The notes: generated from the letters alone by a model not told the origin. Shown: positions 9,961 to 22,628, counted from the stretch's first letter. The stretch: DNA of 64,000 bases from Thecamonas trahens ATCC 50062 (GCF_000142905.1 NW_013657663.1:1-64000); one strand, 5' to 3'. Numbers and translations: made by a program.

Positions 9961-10980
9961 ATGGCCGCCCACCCCGAGTCTCCAGGCGCTGCGCTGTATG
10001 CGGACGAGACACTGTCGTCAACGATGTCGCCGCAGCAACTTGCGCCACAGCTGCCCGTTGCAAACGAGCCCTCGGCGCGTCCGGCACTCCATGGCAGCCC
10101 ACCGCCGCGTACCGATGACGGCGCCGTGCCAGTTCGCACGCTGGCTGCCGCAGGCATGGAGTGGGGTCTTGACGAGGCCATGGACTACGACGCGTATGTG
10201 ATGGCTATCGATCGTGAGCAGGATGGTCACGAGCTCGTGGTCCTCACTGGGCGTGTTGCCCGCTACCGCGAGTCGGTCGTCGAGTGGATGGTGCCGCTGA
10301 TGAACTCGCTGCTGGGCTACGGCTCCGAGGCCGTCTTTGCCACTGTCCGCTACTTTGACCAGGTCCTCCACGCCTGCCATGTCTCGAAGCGGCGCGTCCA
10401 GCTGGTGGCGCTGACCTGCATGCTTGTGGCTGGCAAGATGTTCGAGTCGAAGAAGGTGCCGAGCCTCGAGACTCTCAACCAGCTCGCAGGCTACCAGTAC
10501 ACGCCGGACGCCATCCTAGCCATGGAGGGCAACATCCTGCACACGCTCAGCTGGAAGCTGCGCGTTGTCACGCCGCTCTTCTTCTGGGGCTACTTTGCCT
10601 CCATTGGCGTCTGCCCCGACGAGGACTCGATTCATGGCCTGCAGCTGACACCGGCGTCGGCCGCGCAGTACTCGCGTGCGCTGCGCAAGGTCTCCCACAC
10701 TATTCTCGCCGAAATCTGTCTGCTCAGCATGGCTTTCCTCGACTGCATGCCATCGATGACTGCGTCGGCCGCGCTCCTGGTTGCCCGCAACAAGCTCGGC
10801 ATCACCCCCGACTGGGCCCCGCGGTTCCAGGTCCGCATCGGCTACTCGCGCAGCGACGTCGCCGTCTCGGCCGCCAAGCTCTCCCTGCTGTTTGACGAAA
10901 AGTTTCCATCCGGCTCGCCGTCGCTCACCACCCCACCGTCTGTCGAGAGCGTCTCGTGGTCGACGTCGGCAACGCAATAA
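9961..10980 (+). CDS. Cyclin (cyclin N and C boxes)
   Basis: RYRESVVEWM, TVRYFDQVL, QLVALTCMLVAGKMFE, ILAMEGNILHTLSWKL..VTP, FLDCMPSMTASAAL. Confidence 0.9.
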   Translation: MAAHPESPGAALYADETLSSTMSPQQLAPQLPVANEPSARPALHGSPPPRTDDGAVPVRTLAAAGMEWGLDEAMDYDAYVMAIDREQDGHELVVLTGRVARYRESVVEWMVPLMNSLLGYGSEAVFATVRYFDQVLHACHVSKRRVQLVALTCMLVAGKMFESKKVPSLETLNQLAGYQYTPDAILAMEGNILHTLSWKLRVVTPLFFWGYFASIGVCPDEDSIHGLQLTPASAAQYSRALRKVSHTILAEICLLSMAFLDCMPSMTASAALLVARNKLGITPDWAPRFQVRIGYSRSDVAVSAAKLSLLFDEKFPSGSPSLTTPPSVESVSWSTSATQ

Positions 10981-11074
10981 CTGCATCTCCTGCGCTAACT
11001 GTACTCTTTGTTGTCCTTGACCCTCTTCCGCTACCTTGCCAACCGCCCCGCCGACTGTGATAGCGGCACCTAAA

Positions 11075-11846
11075 TCAAAAGACACACTCTTCCGGGAGCA
11101 CCGGCCTGTCGAGCGGCACCATCGACTTCTTCTCTGGATCTCGTCTCAACGCCTTGCGCATGTCATACGCGTCTTCGCTGTCGCCGTAGTACCCGAGCAC
11201 TCGTCGGTAGATGACGTACCCAAGACGCTCGTACATGCCAATCGCCACAGTGTTGGTCTTGCGGACAAAGAGATCGACAAAGTACCCGTCGTACTGCTTC
11301 TCCGACACCTCCTCCAGCCAGTCCATGAGCTTGGACGCGAGCCCGATCCGCCGGTACTCGGGCGCGACCGTCACCGCCGTCACATGGCCGTGCCAGTCCT
11401 CGCCTCGACCCTCGGCCTTGCCGATCACGTATCCCATTTGCTTCCCCGACGCGTCCTCGGCCACTGCCGAGAAGTCGGGCCAACGCGAGAGGTAGTGAAA
11501 GTAGAACCCGATGTTGTACTGTCCGACCGCGACCAAGACCACACGCACCCAGAGATACACACACACAGAGAGACCGGCATACACAGAGAGACCCGCATAC
11601 ATACAGAGACACGCATACATACAGAGACACGCGTACACATTACACATAGAGACCCACACATAAGCATACACACACGCACAGATGCACATACACGTTCACA
11701 CGCACCCCCCCCCTCCCTCCCTCCCTCCCCCCCCTCCCCCCCACCCACACACCCACACACCAACCTACGTTCTCGGTCAACGAGTCCAGATTGATGTTGT
11801 TGAACTTGAACAAGTCATCCGCCACAAACCTCCTGATCGACGTCAT
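11075..11846 (-). CDS. NAA20: N-alpha-acetyltransferase 20, NatB catalytic subunit (exon 1 11846-11769, exon 2 11518-11075)
   Basis: MTSIRRF..DDLFKFNNINLDSLTEN|YNIGFY, WHGHVTAVTVAPEYRRIGLA, FVDLFVR, EDAYDMRKAL; phase-0 GTAGGT...CAG intron. Confidence 0.95.
11555..11700. repeat. Intronic ~18-bp minisatellite (acacagagagaccggcat-like) grading into CA repeats
   Basis: Visible tandem units inside the NAA20 intron. Confidence 0.8.
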
Positions 11847-11955
11847 TCCCACCCACAACCACCACCAGCGAGAGGTGCCCAGCACCCCCTGTCCTCGCCC
11901 CCAAGTCATCGTCATCGTCATCGACGTGTCGCCACACCTCGCTTCACCACTCATC

Positions 11956-13555
11956 ATGGCAGCGCCAACGCAGCATGTGCTCGTTCTTGGTTCTGGATTC
12001 TGTGCCGGCCCCCTCGTGGTCTATCTCTCGCAGCATGGTTACGGCGTCAAGGGTATGTCCTCCCCACCCCTTCCTCTTGATCCTTGCTCCTATTCCTCTT
12101 CCCTATCCCCCCTCCTGTCTCTGCCTGACACTGTTTCCCCGTTTTGTGGATGGCCGGTGGGATGGTACCGCCCCCACCGCCGACACGCAGCACCCGCCCC
12201 CACCAACACTCACCCATGGCTGGATATCAGTTGCGTCGCGGACTCTGGAGCGCGCCGAGAAGATGATTGCTGGTCTCGACAATGTCGAGGCTCTCGAGCT
12301 CGACATCACCCACGACTCTGCCGAGGCCCGCCTGCACGAGCTGGTGCCCGACGTCGACCTTGTTGTCTCGATGCTCCCGTACATCTACCACGTCAAGGCT
12401 GCCAAGGTCGCTATTGCCCACAAAAAGCACTTTGCCACGACGTCGTACGTGTCGGACGCCATGCGCGAGCTGGAAGCCGATGCCAAGGACGCAGGCATCA
12501 TTCTCCTCAACGAGTGCGGCGTCGACCCGGGCACTGACCACGCGTCGGCCATGAAGATTGTGCACGAGGTCCAGTCCAAGGGCGGCTACATCAAGTCGTT
12601 CTCGTCGTACTGTGGCGGCCTCCCTGCTCCGCACTTTAACGACAATCCCATGGGCTACAAGCTCTCTTGGGCGCCACGCGGCGTCCTGCTCGCCGGCCGC
12701 AACACGGCCAAGTTCAAGAAGGACGGCGAAGAGGTGACCATTCCCGGCGAAGACCTCTTCGACTCGTACGAGGACATGCACGTGCCCGGCTTTGGCCCGC
12801 TCGAGGGCTACCCGAACCGCGACTCGACCCAGTACGAGGAGATCTACGGCCTGACCGGCATCCAGGACCTGGTCCGCGGCACCTTCCGCTACCCGGGCTG
12901 GTGCGCCACAATCAAGAAGATGGTCGACCTCGGCCTCATGTCGCTCGAGGAAGACAACTCGCTGCCTGGCAAGCCGTACCCGGAGCTTGTCGAGATGCTG
13001 GTGACCGCCAAGGGTGGCCCGTTCGACGCCGCCGACCCGGCCGGCTCGGTTGCCGGCGTCCTCGGCCTCGAGAAGGACTCGGTCATCGTCAAGAAGATGG
13101 CTTGGCTTGGGCTGTTTGACGCGTCCAAGCCCATTCCGCCTGCCGGCAACACCCCGCTCGACGCCCTCTCCGCCCTCTGTGAGGAGCGTATGCAGTACGG
13201 GCCAGGCGAGCAGGACTGCATCGTCATGCTCCACCAGTTCAAGGTCGAGTACGACGACGGCCGGAAGGAGCACATCTCCTCGCGCCTCATCTCGGTCGGC
13301 AAGCAGCCCGATGGTGGCTCCGCTATGGCCCGCACCGTCGCTCTCCCGGTCGCCATCGCCATCGACCTCATCCTCCAGGGCGAGTTTAACGACCTGACCG
13401 GCATCCAGATCCCCATCACCCCCCGTCTCTACAACCCCATTCTCGAAGGCCTCGCCAAGGAGGGCATCGAGTGGGAGGAGACCGTTGTCTCGGTTGTCCC
13501 GCAGCAGTCGTCGTCGACCGTGAACTCGGCCGCGCCCTCGCCGACTTCGTCGTAA
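11956..13555 (+). CDS. LYS9: Saccharopine dehydrogenase (glutamate-forming; saccharopine reductase) (exon 1 11956-12052, exon 2 12231-13555)
   Basis: VLVLGSGF, NECGVDPGTDH, SYCGGLPAP...NPMGYKLSWAPRG, YPNRDS, RGTFRYPGW, SAMARTVALP; phase-1 GTATGT...CAG intron. Confidence 0.92.
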
Positions 13556-13631
13556 TGCTCACATACACACACACACACACACACACACGGCTCGTGCGCG
13601 TCCTGTAGGTTTCGTTGTCATTCACTGCGCG

Positions 13632-14849
13632 CTATCCGTACTTGTTGAAATATCCCCATGACCGCGGGAGCAGAGCCGCAAAGTTGGTCAGCGGTAGCGG
13701 ATACCCGCCGCCCATCTTGGCCGTGAACAGCACCGAGATGTAGCCGAGCGCGAGCCAAAGTGCAAAGCATCCGACCACCGTCGGCACGATCATGACAAGC
13801 GTGCCGTAGTTTGCTGCTGCAAGCCGCGGCACTCCGCGGAGGAGAACCAGGATGCCGGCAACGGCCGTCGCGTACAATCCGCCCACCACCATCGCCTCCT
13901 TGCCGAGCTGGTGCCGCTGCGCTGGGTAGAACCACATTTCGCCGTCCTTCCCAGCCTGCGTCCACGGCGCCGACCGGATGGTGCAGAACATGGCACCCGA
14001 GTAGCAGTACACCACGCCGCAGAGAAACGCGCCAAAGAACAGAAGCCGAAACGGCACAATCGCGTTGATCTTGTCCTGCGCCGCCCACAGCGAGCCCACC
14101 GTCCCGGCCACTGCAAACACAATCCGAAACAGCGGCAATGGCCGTGAGACGTCAATCTCGAGCCCACACTGCCGGGTAATAAACTGCAGAAAGACCGTTG
14201 TGTCCGACGACATTTGCCGCAGGTTGAACTCGTTGTCTTTGGTCCACCGCTTTCGCCACGCCTTGCTCGACCCGATCGACGGCGCCTTGCTCGACTTGAC
14301 CAGTGCCCGCGCTGGCGGCACAAACGCAATGTAAGGCGTACCAGAGACCTGCACAGCCTTGAAGATCGCCGCCCCGTTGGCCTTGTCGTAGTCGATCACT
14401 CCAAAGAACACAGGCAGCTCTGCATCGCTCACATCCTCCGCCGTCCCGTTCACCATCGCCGCCTCCACGCCTGCCACGCTCTCGTCGAGATGGTGCCGCG
14501 CAAAGCCCGACGCCGCCTCGGTGTACGGCTCCCACATGATGGCGCACGGCTTGCATCCGCGCCCGGGACTCGCCACCGTGAACATCAGCACCACAGAGTA
14601 CAGCCGTGGTGTCGCGTGCACATACTCGCGATACTCGTGCGCGCTGAGGCTCACTGTGCCGTCCGCAGACGCCTTTGCCCGCTCCGCCAGTTCATGCAGC
14701 TTGCCAAGCGCCTCTTCGGCCGAGACCGGTACCTTCTTGGCCGCCTTGCCCTCGCCACCCGTAGCAAGCAGACCAGCCACCACCACAAACACTACCACTG
14801 CCATCATACACACTCTGCCCGCGCGTCTGTACCTAGAAAGCCCGCCCAT
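13632..14849 (-). CDS. Oligosaccharyltransferase OST3/OST6 (MAGT1/TUSC3-like) subunit
   Basis: Signal/TM start; PRLYSVVLMFTV...CKPC thioredoxin-like fold; FFGVIDYD; SGAMFCTIR..P; QLGKE; four C-terminal TMs ending GYP. Confidence 0.88.
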   Translation of the reverse strand: MGGLSRYRRAGRVCMMAVVVFVVVAGLLATGGEGKAAKKVPVSAEEALGKLHELAERAKASADGTVSLSAHEYREYVHATPRLYSVVLMFTVASPGRGCKPCAIMWEPYTEAASGFARHHLDESVAGVEAAMVNGTAEDVSDAELPVFFGVIDYDKANGAAIFKAVQVSGTPYIAFVPPARALVKSSKAPSIGSSKAWRKRWTKDNEFNLRQMSSDTTVFLQFITRQCGLEIDVSRPLPLFRIVFAVAGTVGSLWAAQDKINAIVPFRLLFFGAFLCGVVYCYSGAMFCTIRSAPWTQAGKDGEMWFYPAQRHQLGKEAMVVGGLYATAVAGILVLLRGVPRLAAANYGTLVMIVPTVVGCFALWLALGYISVLFTAKMGGGYPLPLTNFAALLPRSWGYFNKYG

Positions 14850-15094
14850 GTCAATGACCGCAACCACAGCCACAACAGCAACCACAACCACCACCAGAGT
14901 CGTGTGTACCACCACCCACCGCCTCCGCCACAACACACCACCACACACAACCCTCTCCCCCCCTCCCCACGACAAGCCACACCCTTGACCACCTCACCCT
15001 CACTGATCACTCCCCAACAACGCCCGCACACTCACTCTCATCTCCCCCTCCACACACACACACACACGCCCCCCCCCCCCCCCCTCCCCTCGTC

Positions 15095-16803
15095 ATGCAA
15101 ACCGTGGCCGAGCTGGCGAGCAAGTACACGGCAAAGAAAGGGAAGCGGTCATGTCCACACACCGGTTGCAACTACACGACCGAGACTGCGTCAGAGCGAC
15201 AGTTCATGGACCATGTCATCTCCGCCAATCTACATGAGCGCATCTGCCCAGAGTCCTGTCCCACCTGCGTCGAGATGCTCGATTCCGGCCTGTGGGAGGC
15301 CTTCTTCGTCCCGCCGGCCGATATCTTCCGCTGTCCGCACGACGGCTGCACATGGACGTCCTCGGTCCCGGACTTTCAGGGCCGCATGGCCGGCGTATCC
15401 CGCCATCTGCGCTCTTTCCGTGTCCATGGCCAACATGTCCGGAGCCAGAATCCGATCTCATGTGCTGTCTGCCTCGAGTTGGTTGCCTCTGGCGAGTGGG
15501 AGGACGAGCTTGTCCACCTCGGCCGCGCTACCGTCTTCGCCGCCTCGGTCTGCACTCCCGACGATGTTGCCGATGCAAAGCTCCACGGCGAGGACGATCT
15601 TCCGCTCCGCATCGTCGAGCCCAATGGCGAGCCCGCCATCGCCTCGCTCTACCACATCTCCCAGGTCCCGGCTCCTCCCAACTCCCAGCCGCCGCCGCCG
15701 TCTACCTCGTCGGTGCCGCCGTCTGCTTCTGGGCCCATCACCTTTTCGTCGCCGGTCACCTCGTTTGCCTCGACCGCCTCGGCCGCCTCAACCGCGACGC
15801 CGACTGCCCCGTCGACCGCATTTGTCCCGCTCTCCAACTCGCTCAAGCGCAAGCGCTCCGATCCCCCACCGCTCCTCCACGCCGCCTCGGCCGCCACTGC
15901 CGGCGCGTCCGCCAGCGACCTCCGCTCAAACAACGCGAACAAGTCAGGTCCGTCGATCATCGGCCGCAATGTCATCTTTGGTACTTCCTCCCGCAGCGTC
16001 ATGGTTCCCGGCCCTATCTACAACGCCGAAAACCACCGTCGCGCCAAAGCCGGCCTCCCGCCCCTATCGCCCCTGCCGTCGCCGGATCCTCCCGCTAAGC
16101 ACCCAAGAAGAAGGCCAAGACCTCGGCTACATCGACGGTCTCAACCGCGGCGCCATCTGCTGAGCTCCCACCCACCGAGGCCACGTCTATCGCTCCTGCC
16201 TCTCCGCCGGCTGACCCGGCACCGGTCGACCCGCCCCTTCCCCCCAGCTCGTCGCCGCAAGACGCGACCGGCGTGAGCCAGAAGGCGCTTGCCATGGCCA
16301 TGGCCAAGGCTCAAAAGTCGCGAGCCAAGGCTCAAAAATCTCGAGCCAACGCCAACGCCAAGCACACTGCTGCTCACACCTACATCGACGCCGTACCAAC
16401 CGCCTCGCGCTCCATGCACGAGTGCCCGCACGCAGGCTGCTCGTGGAAGTCGTCGCCGACGAGGTCCGTCGCCGAGCAATTCTTTGAGCTCCAGCTTCAC
16501 AATGTCGACCTTGACCAGCACCGGGTCCACGTTGCCGAGGCCGGCGCCGACTGCGCGGTCTGCCACAAGCTTGTTTCAGGCGGCATCTGGCTCGACGATC
16601 TCTCCGCCGCCGACATCGACCCCAACTTTGCATGCCGCCATGCCGGCTGCGACTGGGTTGCCTCCATGACCTCGCCCATCCCCGAGGAAATCCAAGTCAT
16701 CCGCCACGAGATCGACATGGCGCTCCACCTCGAACACATTGGCCAGCCGTGCACCCGCTGCGCCCGCCTCTACGCGGCCCGCATCTGGGAACCTCGTCGC
16801 TGA
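15095..16803 (+). CDS. Hypothetical nuclear protein with four Cys/His zinc-binding repeats (frameshift at ~16102)
   Basis: ORFs 15095-16276 and 16273-16803 each carry two CxHxGC..H-x6-H..CxxC-x8-W repeats. Adding one C in cacccaag joins them through an S/T/P linker with KRKRS and PKKKAK. Confidence 0.7.
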
Positions 16804-17031
16804 CTCCACCCGCTCACCCGCACACCCACCCTCCACACACCCACACACTCACACACACCACCATCCGATGCACGTATGCCATCGATTGTACACCCGCCTC
16901 ATATGCCAATCTCATCCCCTGCCTCGGCCATCACATCAGACGCCTCGTTTCGTCCTTCAGGGAACCTGGGAACCTGCACCCCGCCCACACCACCTGGCTA
17001 CCACAAATCACCCACATCCCTCTCCATAGCC

Positions 17032-20000
17032 ATGTCCGACCCTCCTCCACCGGCGTTCGACCCCAACGTCCCACCTCCAGGGCCACCTCCATCTTTTGCT
17101 ACCCCGCCGCCGAATCCGTATGGAGCGCCTCCAGCACCTGCAACCGCTGTTGGCAACCCGTATGGTGCTCCACCGCCGGCTAACGCTCCTCCGCACAACC
17201 CTTATGGCGCACCAGCCGTGGCTGCTGGGGGCAATCCATATGCTGCAGCTCCGATAGCACCCACTGGAGACTCTTGCCCCGTCCCGCCGCCACAGGAACC
17301 CGTCTCGATGCCTCCGCCCAACTACGCTCATCCGCCGCTGTCCGACACCGATGCGTTTGACGACGCCGACTGGGCTGGCCGAGACTCTACCTCGGGTGAC
17401 GATGTGCCCGGATCGTCAGCCCCCATTCTCGGCGATGACGACGGCGCCTTTGGCTCGAGCTCTGACTCGGACGACACTGATCCGGCGGTAGACCCAACTG
17501 CCCGGTTCGGTCTCGATCCGTCGATGGACGCACCGCCGTCGTACTCGTTTGCCCCACCGCCGGCGTTTGGTGACAATGTGGATCCTTTTGCGCCCAACGC
17601 GCCGCCACCGCAAGCGCATCGCTCGGGCAAGGCCTTGTGGGCCATTCTCCGTATGCGCGTTCTCGGCCTCCGCCTCTTCCTTGCTGCCCGCCCGCGAGTG
17701 CCCGACGAGCCGCCGCCGGTCTACATGCGCCCGCCCGTTGCCTTTCCCGACGCGGGCCGTCCGCTGCTTCCGTCCGAAATGCCGCCGCCGCCGCTGGCTG
17801 ACGCCCACGTGGCCCCGCCGCCACCACCCGAGACCGACGCTATGCTCGCCGCTCTTCCGCCGCCGGGTCACGACTACCCGCCGCTGCTCCTCGCCGGTCC
17901 GATCGACGAGAACACTGACGCTCTGCACGCCTTTCGCCAGACCTGCGCCACGCAGCCACAGTCACAGACCCACGCACGCATCGTCACCTCAGGCGGCCCC
18001 GGTTCGCCAGGCCAGATGGGCATGGACGGTCAGGGCTTTTCATGCCAGGGCATGGCCGGCGCCCCTGGCCAGCCCGGTGGGCATGCCCTGCCCATCGAAG
18101 TCCATCTCTCCGGATCGCCGCATGATGGTGTCATCAACCTCAACATCGTCTCGGTTGGCCAGAACGTCCAGCTTCCGTTTGGCCACCCCGACGCGTCGAT
18201 GTACCTCGAGGCCAACGGTGGCGCAGGCGGCGCAGGCGGCCAAGGCGGCCGTGGCTCCGACGGCGCCTGTGGCCGTCCAGGCCACAACGCCACACGCCAC
18301 AGACGTGGTACGAACGGTGGGCCAGGTGGGCCGGGCGGACAAGGCGGGCCCGGTGGGCCGGGTGGTGATGGTGGCAACGCTGCGCCCATCACTGTCGTCG
18401 CCGACGACAACAACGCCGATCTTTTCCTTCTTCTTCGCTCACACCCGACTCCCAAGGGAGGCTTCGGTGGTTCCGGTGGCGTCGGCGGCCAGGGTGGCCG
18501 AGGCGGGCCTGGTGGTCGAGGTGGCCACTCCCACTCTTGGACCACCACCACTGGTCATGGCGAGAACCGACGAACGGTTCGCCACTCGAATCCCGGCGGG
18601 AAGAAGGGCCGCCGTGGCCCTGACGGCCTGCCTGGCATGATGGGCAACTCGGGCGGTCCTGGTCTCGACGCACCTGTCCAGATTGTGCTCCAGCCAGGCA
18701 ACCGCATCTACGCCGCGCCGTTTGACCTCCGCATGGACCAGCCGCTCCATGTCGTCACCGAGGCCGGGTACGGCGTTCTCGAGCCCGGCGCTGTCTTCAG
18801 CCTCACCCACAGCGTCACGTCGTGCGGTGGCATGCCGACACCTGTCGCCATCGACGCATGCGTCTCGGTTCGGACCGGCAACTCACCGTGGATCACTGCG
18901 CTGGACAATCCGGAGGCTGGATCAGTGGCAACACTTCCTCGCGGCATGGACGTCGGCACTTCTGCCCCTGTCACACTCCGTCTGAAGGTTGCGCCGAACT
19001 CCGCTGGGCCCAAGTACGGTGAAGCATTCCGCGAGATCACCGACTACGCCCCGCTCTGCTTCATGGCTCGCTCTGGCATGCACGTGCCCACACTCTCCCA
19101 CCAGCGGCAGAAGCTTGTCGTCGAGTACCCGGTTGAAATCACGCCAGTCCGCGGAGCGGCGGCAATCTCGCGCGGCGAAGCCGGCGTTCTGGCTCTCCAG
19201 CTGTGCAGCAAAAGCATCCGCTCTCTCGGCTTCTCCTCTGAGAGCAAGCGGCCAATCCGGGTCGTACTCTCGCTCCGGACCGATGTGACAGACGACGACG
19301 ACGCGGTCACCAACCCGGACGATATCACCATCACCCCCATGGTAGACGGCGCCTCTGGCTTCCTTGCCGAGAACCCTGCGCTCGCTGGGCGGGTCACCGT
19401 GCCGCCGGCTGGCATACCGGGCGTTGTAGTCTTTGACGTTACCCACATCGAGCCCGGCGAGGCGCTCACTATTGCGGCCTCGGTCGAGTTTACCGGTCCC
19501 GACGTCGCTACCTATGCACGTGCACACCTGCAGGTCATGCTGGAGCTTGGCGCCATCGACGACTTTGCCACCACTGTCCCCATCCAGTACCGCCAGTTCT
19601 CGGTCCAGCTCGCCGAGCGGTTTGCCTTTGACGAGAACGAGACCCGCGCCCTGATGGTGATCCATGGTGCGACGCCGTCAGCCGTAGTCCGTGGCTGGCA
19701 GCGACTGGTGAACGCGACCTACGGCGGCAATGCGCTCGCCGTCTGGAACGTCTCGCTCTACGAGTCATTTGCCTTCTACCACCGCACCAACACGCTGACC
19801 CCGGCCCGCCAGCTCGGTGCGCTTTTCGCCGACCGGCCGGTCATTGTCATCAACACCCCGTTCGCCACCACCAAGGGCGATGTACTCCACACTATGAGCG
19901 ACATTATCTCGTATCAGGACCTAGTCAACGCCTTTAAGTTCTTTGCGGCCCGCCTGCTGGTCGTCGGCGGGACTGCCGGCGTAGCCCAGCCGGCCCAGCG

Positions 20001-22352
20001 CATTGCCGTCCACCCGGCGTACGTCGAGTTTGACCGCCCACGCGTCAACTTCAATTCGATCAATGACTACGTTGGCCTCCAGTCGAACACCGCCGAGCAA
20101 AGCGCGGTCGCGCATGCGGTTCCGGCGCCCCACCCCGGCGAGCTGAGCGGCTGGCTTTATGTCTCCAACAAGGCCGGCAAGCGCGGCAACAAGCGGTTTT
20201 GCGTCCTCCGCATCGCCGAGTCACAGCTCCTTGCACTGTACAAGGGCTCGAGCGAGAAGGACATGCCTGTTGCCGTCCTGGATCTCTCGGGCACTCGCAT
20301 CGGCTGGTCCGTCACCTCGCGACAGGACGATGACGGCGCGGCCCAGGCCGTGGTCACCTGCGAGCCACTTGACTCGGACTCGCTTGCCCATGAAGCTCTC
20401 GACGTGACGCCGTTGTATGTGTTCACCTCGGACCCACGTGCTGCGCCCAAGAAAGAGCGCGATCGGGTGCTCGACGCATCACTGCTTGCTGGCCATCTGC
20501 TCGCCTTTCGACCATCGCGCAACTTTCCGCCGACGGTCGGCGCCGAATCTGACGACGACACCGATGCCGGTGCCGACGCCGACGGCGGAAGCGCTTCCGG
20601 CAGCGTCGTTCTCAAGGGCATGCTCACCATGGAAGGCCACCGCAAGCACAAAAAAGCCAAGGAGTGGTACTTTGTTCTCCGCGGCAGGACGCTCGCTTTT
20701 TACAAGCCGTCGGCTGCTGCCAAGTCCACGCTGGGAAAGCCCAAGGGCGAGCTGGACTTGCGCGCCATGAAGCAGCTCGACCGCGGCGCTGTGGCCACCG
20801 AGTTCCACCTTGTCGCCGGTGACGACTCGGTCTTTATTTCTGGTAATTCTCCCGACGACATCAACGGCTGGTTCGCTGCGATGGAGGTGTTCCTTCCTGC
20901 TGGTGCTCGCGGCTCAGGCCCGCGCGGTGTCTTGCCTGGCTCTGATGGTGCACTCGACGTTGTCGACGCGTGCGACAAGATTGCGGCGTCGGATCCGTAC
21001 GATGCGTGCGGCTGGCTCGGCATCCGCGAGTTCGGCTCCAAGTCCAAGCCGGTGCCGCGGTTTGTGACTGTTCGTGGCTTTACTGTTCTCTTCTACAAGT
21101 CGCAGCGTGACCAGTCACCGGACCTGGTCCTCTCGCTGGTCCACGCTGTTGTCGGCGAGTACATCGCCGACGGGCCGGTCGGCGAGTCGTTCACCGTCAA
21201 GTCGCCCAAGGCGCCCAAGCAGCGGACGTACCAGCTGTGTGGCGTGCCAAACGACGCCGGAGACGCTGAGACTCTTGCAGTCTCAACTTGGGCCGCCATG
21301 ATGACCGCCATAGCCCGCACGCCCGCTGGTGTAGAGCCGCGGCGCAAGCCGGAAGAGACCGCGCACATGGAGCTCATCTCGTCAGCGGTAGCGGCCATTG
21401 CAGTCAAGCCGACCGAAAAGGCGATGGCGGCTGCAGTGGCGAAGATCCACTCGGCGCTGGTCATGGCCCACCCTGCTGAGATGTTTCAGATCCATCGGAC
21501 CGCCAACGCCGGTGAGCTCGAGGTGGTGCGGATGAATGTGTCGCGGGTCGACTCGCGTATGGTTGTCTTTGCCGCCGAGCCGCCCGAACTTGGCCGGCCG
21601 CTGGATGCGGGCTCCGGAAACGCCGCCTTTGCGCTCTTCAAGGTCATGGCCATGGGGAGAAGCTGCAGGCCTTTGCGCGGGTGAGCGACAAGTGGGCGGG
21701 CGTTGAGCTCCTCGCCGAGGCCATCATGTCGGATCTCGGCGACGAGCAGGCCGCCTTTCTCATTGCCCGCAAGTCGGGCCCACTCTCACGCTCGGATCTC
21801 GAGTCCCGTCTGATCATGCTTGCCATGGCCGCCAACGCCGAGCTCGGGACCGGCACCAGCGAGAAGAAGGAGGCGCTTGTCCTCGGTATGATGCTCCGGC
21901 TGGCGTGCACCTCGGCAAGGATGGTTCGCAAGAAGGACAAGATGCTCTCGCGGCGGTCTAAGAAGCTGCACGGCGCAACCAACGCATGGCTCGCCATGTG
22001 GGAGCGCCACATACAGTTCTCGGCCGCCGATGCCAGCCGCAAGGCCCGGACTCTTCGTGACTTGAAGTCTGAGAAGCAGGCTGAGTCCAAGCGACTGAAG
22101 TCTGTCAAGCGCAAGCCGGCCCTCGACTCGCTGCGCATCACCGAGGATCGCGCTGCAGCTCTCGGGGGTCGCCTTTGGTGGTCGTGCATGTCCGTTCACG
22201 AAGACGCAACCGCCACCCTCGGTGGGCCCTTTGATTTCAAGTGGGCCGTCTCCGAGGTGGTTCCCGTCAAAGAGATCGGCAACTGCGTCGGCCGACGCCC
22301 TCCGGCCTCCATCCTCCGCGAACTCGCCGCCGAAGCATCCATGGGCCGGTAG
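17032..22352 (+). CDS. Large protein: Pro-rich PPxY N-terminus, glycine-rich (GxxG) region, beta-rich core, three PH domains (frameshift at ~21655)
   Basis: PH motifs LSGWLYV...KRFCVL, LKGMLTM...WYFVLRG..LAFYK...WF, CGWLGI...RFVTVRG..VLFYK...WA. One extra G in atggggagaag joins ORF 21681-22352. Confidence 0.75.
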
Positions 22353-22628
22353 CGAACGCATCCCAAGCACAAGCTACACAACTACATTACAGCCTACAAG
22401 TCTCCTTGTTCCGCGCATACGTAAATCGATACTCACTTCCACCCCGATCGCCCCCCCCTCCCCCGCCACACTCGGGACACTCCAGACCCAGCGCCGAGTT
22501 GTGCGGCTGCCCGCGAAAAATGACACCACCACCGCCCACACCCTCCGACGAGCTACACACTCTCTCCCTCTCTCTCGCTCACACACACACACACATACAC
22601 ACACACATACCTACATACAACTCTCCTC

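Noticed and set aside
14214-16163. Long alternative-frame and antisense ORFs (also 24789-26387, 36812-38308, 43847-45298, 61031-62767)
   Set aside because: Shadow ORFs caused by high-GC codon bias of real genes
17990-18665. True collagen
   Set aside because: Gly-X-Y runs are short, interrupted and GGX-rich, in a protein without a signal peptide
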